A stretch of 52,028 nucleotides of DNA from an archaeon (GTDB lineage: Archaea; Iainarchaeota; Iainarchaeia; Iainarchaeales; Iainarchaeaceae). A program made the position numbers and the translations under genes. The notes under the pieces are model-generated. The model was not told the DNA's origin and made no database searches. It worked only from the letters and a program-made list of their open reading frames with translations. The DNA is taken from assembly GCA_035289485.1 (NCBI GenBank), contig DATDXA010000005.1:1-52028 (forward strand). The letters run 5' to 3'. Below, piece after piece: positions 51,786 through 52,028 of this stretch (positions within the stretch are counted from its first letter, which is position 1; each line of letters starts with the position of its first letter).

Positions 51786-52028
51786 TTTAAAACCTAAAAA
51801 AGTTGCTAATTCAGTACTACTTCTTCTAGGCAAAGGGTTAAAAATATGAAAGCCAAGGGGCGTCTTTTGGCAAATGCGCCTAAAGCCCTGCTTTTAGGCG
51901 GATAAAGGGCTTTCCTAGCCTGTAGAGCTCGGAAAACCTGCGGGAAATACCAAGGGCTTCGGAATGATTCAAAAATATGCTCTGGGAATTCCCCGCAAGC
52001 CGGATAGCCGAACCTGAGGATGAAGCAA

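Noticed and set aside
1-52028. CRISPR arrays, rRNA genes, integrase or transposase genes
   Set aside because: I saw no regularly spaced direct repeats, no rRNA-like conserved stretches and no complete recombinase ORF. The only hint is the 26-codon HTH-like fragment at the left edge, which is too short to call a transposase.
51850-52028. Open frame on the minus strand running in from the right edge, and a small GCCTAAA/TTTAGGC hairpin
   Set aside because: The frame overlaps the rpoK upstream region and shows no recognisable protein features. The hairpin is short and isolated. There is too little sequence to support any call.

Overview
This 52-kb window is archaeal and looks like a small-genome (DPANN-like) lineage. 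Housekeeping genes include Cdc48, type IA topoisomerase, RFC small subunit, ThrRS, ABCE1, Pelota, Elp3, Taw3, class I CCA-adding enzyme, aEF-1beta with its Zn-ribbon partner, a Rad50-like ATPase, eS17 and RpoK. They are interleaved with an unusually dense set of type IV filament genes. These comprise two FlaI/PilB-family ATPases, two single-domain TadB/TadC-like platform proteins, one A24 prepilin peptidase and about 16 small proteins with class III signal-peptide-like N-termini. The pilin-like genes sit in three clusters (1.2-3.5 kb, 21.1-29.6 kb, 32.4-34.1 kb). There is one tRNA (Arg-UCG), and I saw no rRNA and no CRISPR array. Many adjacent genes overlap by ATGA, which suggests translational coupling. 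Six non-genic signals seem most worth follow-up. (1) A 105-nt structured element occurs twice in inverted orientation, each copy 5' of a gene, bracketing a 5.9-kb block. (2) A 14-16 nt palindromic motif (ATCGTCAATYRACG) abuts the TATA box of three promoters. (3) The 3' end of a small pilin gene is duplicated in frame, differing from the original almost only at synonymous sites, next to a GC-rich cluster of related short hairpins. (4) Two pilin paralogues share a 98-nt perfectly identical 5' block but have divergent C-termini. (5) A LAGLIDADG endonuclease ORF has its stop codon inside an intact tRNA. (6) There is a 155-nt rod-like hairpin. All calls come from reading the sequence and translations by eye (motif recognition). 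No database or HMM searches were run, so family names are hypotheses to confirm.
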